A stretch of 8,025 nt of DNA. Source: Octopus sinensis. Its lineage: Eukaryota. The position numbers were made by a program, and so were the translations under genes. Positions 6,491-8,025 of this stretch are shown here, one piece after another. A model generated the notes under the pieces. That model worked only from the letters and a program-made list of their open reading frames with translations. It made no database searches and was not told the DNA's origin. Every line of letters begins with the position of its first letter. The first letter of the stretch is position 1. The stretch is taken from NCBI RefSeq assembly GCF_006345805.1, contig NW_021828651.1:1-8025 (forward strand). Reading direction: 5' to 3'.

Positions 6491-6640
6491 GGTACATATT
6501 AAAGTACGAAAATAAAGTTCATGAATTATAAACCACATTGCCTGTTCAAGATTTTTTTTGTCCAAGAATAATTCGCGACTCAACGACCAAATCGATTCCT
6601 TTTGCATTGTCTCAAAGTTATATTTTTCTTCTGTGAACAG

Positions 6641-6661
6641 GAAATTAAACAAGTACGAAAA
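6641..6661 (+). CDS. Candidate 21-nt microexon of an unidentified gene (EIKQVRK or xKLNKYEx)
   Basis: Acceptor TTATATTTTTCTTCTGTGAACAG|G and donor AAA|GTAAGT (6662-6667). Length is divisible by 3 and two of three frames are open. No homology evidence. Confidence 0.4.
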
Positions 6662-6883
6662 GTAAGTGACCTGATTAAAGAATAGATATTTCCCATTAAT
6701 ACGTTCTCACTATTGAAATCTTTTGCTTTATTTTTTAAATTTTGTTTGATTTGAAGAGAAGCAGACGATCATCTGGTCATCTTTGTATTGTCTGAAAGAT
6801 CTATTAATTCAAGACAATAAATCAATGATGTCCTTGCTTTATTTTTCTTTATGTTTTCTGTTATTCTTTCGTTCCCTTTTTAG

Positions 6884-6905
6884 TATGTACGCATCACAAG
6901 AATAG
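6884..6905 (+). CDS. Possible downstream or terminal coding exon start
   Basis: About 50-nt pyrimidine tract (6832-6881) ending TTTTTAG at 6883. One frame gives MYASQE then TAG at 6903-6905, with AATAAA at 7058-7063. Speculative. Confidence 0.2.
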
Positions 6906-6955
6906 AAACCAATTTTTACCGGTTCTTTATTTCATCAACCCCATGTCCCAGAATG

Positions 6956-7128
6956 TTAACCCTTTAGGTTTTAAATTGGCCATATCCTGCCAAAATATTC
7001 TACTTGTTTTATGTTTCCAACTGGCCTCTCACACCTACCCTGCAATGTCATTCTATAAATAAACAATTACATCATTGAAATTTCGAAGCTACAATATAAT
7101 GCTTCATCTATTCAAAACATTTGACAGA
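6956..7128. mobile_element. One-ended piggyBac-like non-autonomous element remnant
   Basis: Begins TTAA-CCCTTTAG (TTAA target plus CCC terminus, as in piggyBac). The body resembles a recalled octopus MITE. No intact opposite TIR is seen. Confidence 0.45.
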
Positions 7129-7129
7129 A

Positions 7130-7227
7130 AGCTGCAATCGAACCCGGCAAAATTTGAACCCGGAACATAAAGGGGTTGCAAATAAATGCTGTAAATATTT
7201 TGTCCGATCCTTTAACGATTCTGAAAA
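7130..7227 (-). mobile_element. Diverged family B-type SINE head
   Basis: TCGAACCCGGCAAAATTTGAACCCGGAAC aligns with TCGACCTCGGCGGAATTTGAACTCAGAAC (5409-5437). Confidence 0.5.
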
Positions 7228-7254
7228 CTTATTTGTGTAAACAACCACAAGGAT

Positions 7255-7380
7255 TTATTTTGATAATATCGCTTTGAATTTGCGAGGTTCGATCCCGCAG
7301 CGCCGTGCTTAGGTAAGAGTCTTCTATCGGATTTAGCTTGATTAAATAAGGGTTGTAAATTCGGTTGATGAAAATTCCTT
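7255..7380 (+). mobile_element. Very old tRNA-derived SINE, family A-like 5' half
   Basis: Perfect B-box GGTTCGATCCC at 7286-7296, followed by TTAGGTAAGAGTCTTCTA, similar to TTGGTAAAGTGCCTTCTA at 437-454. Confidence 0.45.
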
Positions 7381-7484
7381 GGATGGGACGAAACCAAATT
7401 TTTTTGTTCATATTTATCTCAAGGTTAGTCATTATTGAACAGATTTTTCGATCACAACCAACCCGCCGCTTTTATATACCAGCG

Positions 7485-7500
7485 ACACACACACACACAC
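7485..7500. repeat. (AC)8 microsatellite
   Basis: Direct reading. Confidence 0.9.
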
Positions 7501-7721
7501 AGTTATCCCTTGCCATATCACGGTTCACCTATCGCGGTTTATTATTTAAGCTTACGTCAATTCCTCCGTGGTCTTGTTTTGCATTTATGATAAAATAAAT
7601 AGATACAAATTATGAAAATAATAAAAAAAAACATACAGTACAGTACTGTTTCTACTTGGCAAATTTCACCTATCGCGGGTTGTTTTGGAACGTAACACTC
7701 GCGATAGCCGAGGGATTACTC
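7500..7721. mobile_element. Tc1/mariner (pogo/Tigger-like) MITE, about 220 bp
   Basis: Imperfect TIRs: CAGTTATCCCTTGCCATATCACG (7500-7522) versus the reverse complement of 7700-7721, GAGTAATCCCTCGGCTATCGCG (17/23 with one gap). TA at 7722-7723. Internal direct repeat TTCACCTATCGCGG at 7524-7537 and 7665-7678. Confidence 0.75.
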
Positions 7722-7745
7722 TATCTATCTATCTATCTATCTATC

Positions 7746-7776
<31 letters not shown>

Positions 7777-7798
7777 GTCTGTCTGTCTGTCTGTCTAT
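7721..7798. repeat. (CTAT)6CT(CTAT)7(CTGT)5CTAT compound microsatellite
   Basis: Direct reading. Confidence 0.95.
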
Positions 7799-7944
7799 GC
7801 CTCAAGAGACGCATTCGTGTCCATAGAACATGATGACCGCTTTATTTTACTGAACCGTCACTTGTGGTTCATGACGAGAGAGTCTATCATGCCCTCATCC
7901 TTTGGACGATAACTGAAGAAGATTTAGCGACATTATATGTGTGT

Positions 7945-8025
7945 ATTTTCCTACTTGTTTCAGTCATTTGATTGCAGCCATGCTGGAGCAAAAAAATCGA
8001 CTCCACAACTTATTCCTTGTAAGCC
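7945..8025 (-). mobile_element. SINE family A, 3' end (continues past the window edge), with an internal deletion
   Basis: TACTTGTTTCAGTCATTTGA..GCCATGCTGGAGCA and ACTTATTC.TTGTAAGCC are reverse complements of 104-190, net 13 nt shorter. Confidence 0.8.

Noticed and set aside
6283-6531. Cys/Val-rich ORFs
   Set aside because: (TG)n/(TA)n artefacts.
7311-7318. Donor-like AG|GTAAGA
   Set aside because: Falls inside an old SINE at the position of its GGYAAG motif; no matching upstream acceptor.
7212-7912. ORFs 7212-7397, 7229-7432, 7365-7598, 7685-7912
   Set aside because: They overlap decayed SINEs, the MITE and microsatellites. The unique stretch 7800-7930 has no convincing splice-site pair.

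Overview
AT-rich, repeat-saturated animal genomic DNA that reads as intronic or intergenic. No full protein-coding gene, true tRNA/rRNA gene or CRISPR array is supportable. The interspersed repeats match my recollection of octopus (coleoid cephalopod) SINEs and MITEs; this is recall, not a database search. Contents: five copies or fragments of a tRNA-headed SINE with a central microsatellite ('family A') plus one very old A-like head, five copies or fragments of a second tRNA-headed SINE ('family B'), a CORE-like SINE ('C'), an RTE-tail-type SINE ('D'), a Tc1/mariner-type MITE, a one-ended piggyBac-like remnant, a 46-bp minisatellite and many microsatellites. The supplied ORFs are nearly all microsatellite or SINE artefacts. 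The best non-repeat signal is a candidate 21-nt, frame-preserving microexon at 6641-6661 (+) with a strong acceptor and a GTAAGT donor. It is accompanied by a degenerate upstream duplicate, an inverted repeat able to mask its 3' splice site, and a second strong acceptor 222 nt downstream. Also notable are a roughly 10-fold CpG-density step across the window and a 91%-identical inverted SINE pair that could form an A-to-I editing substrate. Family labels A-D are my own working names.
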